From contig CAIMRY010000025.1 in NCBI GenBank assembly GCA_903843965.1, positions 44,622 through 68,621 on the forward strand: a stretch of 24,000 nucleotides of DNA, in the 5' to 3' direction. The position numbers and the translations under genes are program-made. Below the pieces are notes generated by a model, which was given only the letters and a program-made list of their open reading frames with translations, was not told the origin of the DNA and made no database searches. Shown here piece by piece: positions 22,587 through 24,000 of the stretch. Source of the stretch: an uncultured delta proteobacterium (GTDB lineage: Bacteria; Desulfobacterota; Desulfovibrionia; Desulfovibrionales; Desulfovibrionaceae). How positions within the stretch are numbered: the first letter of the stretch is position 1; the number at the start of each line of letters is the position of its first letter.

Positions 22587-23234
22587 ATGCAGGACGAACG
22601 TGTTCTCGAACGCATTGAAGGGATGGAGCAGCAGCTCAAGTACCTGGTCGACGCCTCCAAGGGTTGGCAGGAACTGAAGCACGACCTGACCCCCATCATG
22701 CACGACGCCTTCAAGACCCTGATGAAAGAGTTCGGCGACGTCGAAGCAGGCTTCCAGCTGGAAGACATCTTCGCGCTGCTGAAGCGCTTTCTGCGCAGCA
22801 TCAAGAACATCACCTACATGCTGGAGCAGATGGAGAACATCATCGACCTCTGGAAGACCATCGAGCCGCTGCTGCACTCGGCCGTGCCCAAGGGCGTGGC
22901 CTTTCTGGACAACATGGAGCAGCAGGGCGTGTTCCGCATGTACAAGGCCATGGTCCAGGTCCGCGGCAAGATGGCCCGGGCCTACACGCCGGAGGACATC
23001 GAGGTCATGGGCGACGGCTTCGTGTCCATGCTCGGGCTGATCAAGAAGCTCAGCACCCCGCAGGCGCGGGAGATGCTGGAAAAGCTGGCCGACATGATGG
23101 GCGACGTGGACCTGAAGGAGTGCAAGGAATGCGGGCCCATGGGCCTGGTGGCCGGGATGAGCGGCAAGGAGGCCCGCAAGGGGCTGGGCGTCATGCTGGA
23201 ATTCACCAAGAGCCTGGGCAAGCTGAAGGACTAG
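22587..23234 (+). CDS. DUF1641 domain-containing protein
   Basis: 215-aa helical protein. The C-terminal ...ECGPMGLVAGMSGKEARKGLGVMLEFTKSLG... matches the DUF1641 pattern, and the gene directly follows an SQR-family flavoprotein, a pairing I recall as recurrent. Confidence 0.75.
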   Translation: MQDERVLERIEGMEQQLKYLVDASKGWQELKHDLTPIMHDAFKTLMKEFGDVEAGFQLEDIFALLKRFLRSIKNITYMLEQMENIIDLWKTIEPLLHSAVPKGVAFLDNMEQQGVFRMYKAMVQVRGKMARAYTPEDIEVMGDGFVSMLGLIKKLSTPQAREMLEKLADMMGDVDLKECKECGPMGLVAGMSGKEARKGLGVMLEFTKSLGKLKD

Positions 23235-23356
23235 GGCGGACAGCTCCGGGGCGACCGGCACCGCCCCGGAACGCGCGGCCCGGCGGCATTTGCCACGGCC
23301 GGACCGGGCCGCGCCCCATATACAAACACGCCGCATTCCTGCGGCAGGAGGCAGCC

Positions 23357-23710
23357 ATGAGCAAGAAGATCCTCATCGTGGACGACGACCCCGCAGTGGT
23401 GGACTTTCTGAACGAGGTGTTCACGGACAACGGCTACGCCACGGAAAAGGCCTACAACGGGGTCGAGGCGCTGGCCAAGACCGAGGCCTTCCGGCCCGAC
23501 CTCATCACCCTGGACATGGACATGCCGGAAAAGGCCGGCACCATGTTCTACATCGGCCTGCGCAAGCAGGAAGCCCTCAATAAGACGCCGGTCATCGTCA
23601 TCAGCGGCGTGGGCCCCCGGCCCCCGGCCCTGGGCCGGGACATCCCGGTGCTGACCAAGCCCGTTGACCCCGTGGTGCTGCTGGACCTGGTCGCCCGGAC
23701 CCTGGCCTAG
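23357..23710 (+). CDS. single-domain CheY-like response regulator (receiver only)
   Basis: MSKKILIVDDDP... (acidic pocket DDD), phospho-acceptor in DLITLDMDMP, VIVISG, VLTKP. AGGAGG Shine-Dalgarno 5 nt upstream of ATG 23357. Confidence 0.9.
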   Translation: MSKKILIVDDDPAVVDFLNEVFTDNGYATEKAYNGVEALAKTEAFRPDLITLDMDMPEKAGTMFYIGLRKQEALNKTPVIVISGVGPRPPALGRDIPVLTKPVDPVVLLDLVARTLA

Positions 23711-23721
23711 CCGCACCGGCC

Positions 23722-23787
23722 CCGGCGCGGCGGCCCAGGCGCAGGCCCGCCCGCTGCGCCAGGGCCGCACCGGGGCCGCCGCGCCGG
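23722..23787 (+). other. nested GC-rich hairpin between the two receiver genes (possible U-tract-less terminator or attenuator)
   Basis: Perfect 15-bp outer stem CCGGCGCGGCGGCCC (23722-23736) / GGGCCGCCGCGCCGG (23773-23787). It encloses a 7-bp inner stem GGCGCAG (23738-23744) / CTGCGCC (23754-23760). No T-run follows. Confidence 0.4.
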
Positions 23788-23826
23788 AATGCAGCACACC
23801 CACCACCCAAGGCCAAGGGGGCAGCC

Positions 23827-24000
23827 ATGCCGCTTGCGCATCACGCGTCCACAGTCCCCGCATCTGCGGCAAACACCGTCCTGCTCGTGGACGATGAGCA
23901 GGACATCCGCGAACTGCTGGCCCTGTTCCTGGCCGACCTGGGCTTTTGCGTGCTCACCGCCGCAGACGGCGCCCAGGGCCTGGCCCTGTTCAAGACCGCC
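23827..24000 (+). CDS. response regulator, receiver domain (partial, runs off window end)
   Basis: ATG 23827 preceded by AAGGGGG. MPLAHHASTVPASAANTVLLVDDEQDIRELLALFLADLGFCVLTAADGAQGLALF is the start of a REC domain. Confidence 0.8.
   Translation, partial: MPLAHHASTVPASAANTVLLVDDEQDIRELLALFLADLGFCVLTAADGAQGLALFKTA

Noticed and set aside
1-24000. CRISPR arrays, defence systems, transposons and prophage blocks
   Set aside because: I found no spaced repeat arrays and no Cas-like, nuclease/helicase defence, transposase or phage structural ORFs. The only repeats are the short ones reported above.

Overview
High-GC window, probably from a Desulfovibrio-like sulfate reducer; that placement is inferred from gene content and composition, with no rRNA to confirm it. 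Three blocks are visible. (1) Positions 1-10668, minus strand: a co-directional, partly translationally coupled envelope-biogenesis array, lysS-lolC/E-lolD-bamA-skp-lpxD-fabZ-lpxA-lpxI, followed by the N-terminus of an AsmA-family protein. (2) A tRNA-Asn(GTT) with its own terminator and a small DUF1737 gene mark the switch to accessory content. (3) Positions 11754-19285, plus strand: a ten-gene, apparently all-cytoplasmic signalling cluster, which is the most interesting part of the window. It holds a complete stressosome module (PAS-STAS RsbR-like, RsbS-like, RsbT-like kinase, small RsbX-like PP2C) and a large PAS-PAS-PP2C phosphatase whose N-terminus looks like a degenerate RsbT. After a 304-bp gap come a SiaB-type kinase, a SiaC-type DUF1987 partner-switch protein, a class III adenylate cyclase with adenine-specifying Lys/Asp residues, and two tandem 135-aa bacteriohemerythrins. 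No sigma factor, RsbV, RsbW or GGDEF protein is present. The wiring therefore resembles the sigma-B cascade with a nucleotide cyclase in place of the sigma factor. I know of no characterised stressosome with this output, but I cannot search databases from here. Downstream lie a low-coding gap with a ModE-like fragment, two tandem Rrf2 regulators with Cx5Cx5C cluster motifs, an SQR-family flavoprotein with its DUF1641 partner, and two CheY-like receiver genes, the second truncated by the window end. I saw no CRISPR array, transposase or integrase. Many long ORFs in the supplied track are antisense artefacts of the high GC content.
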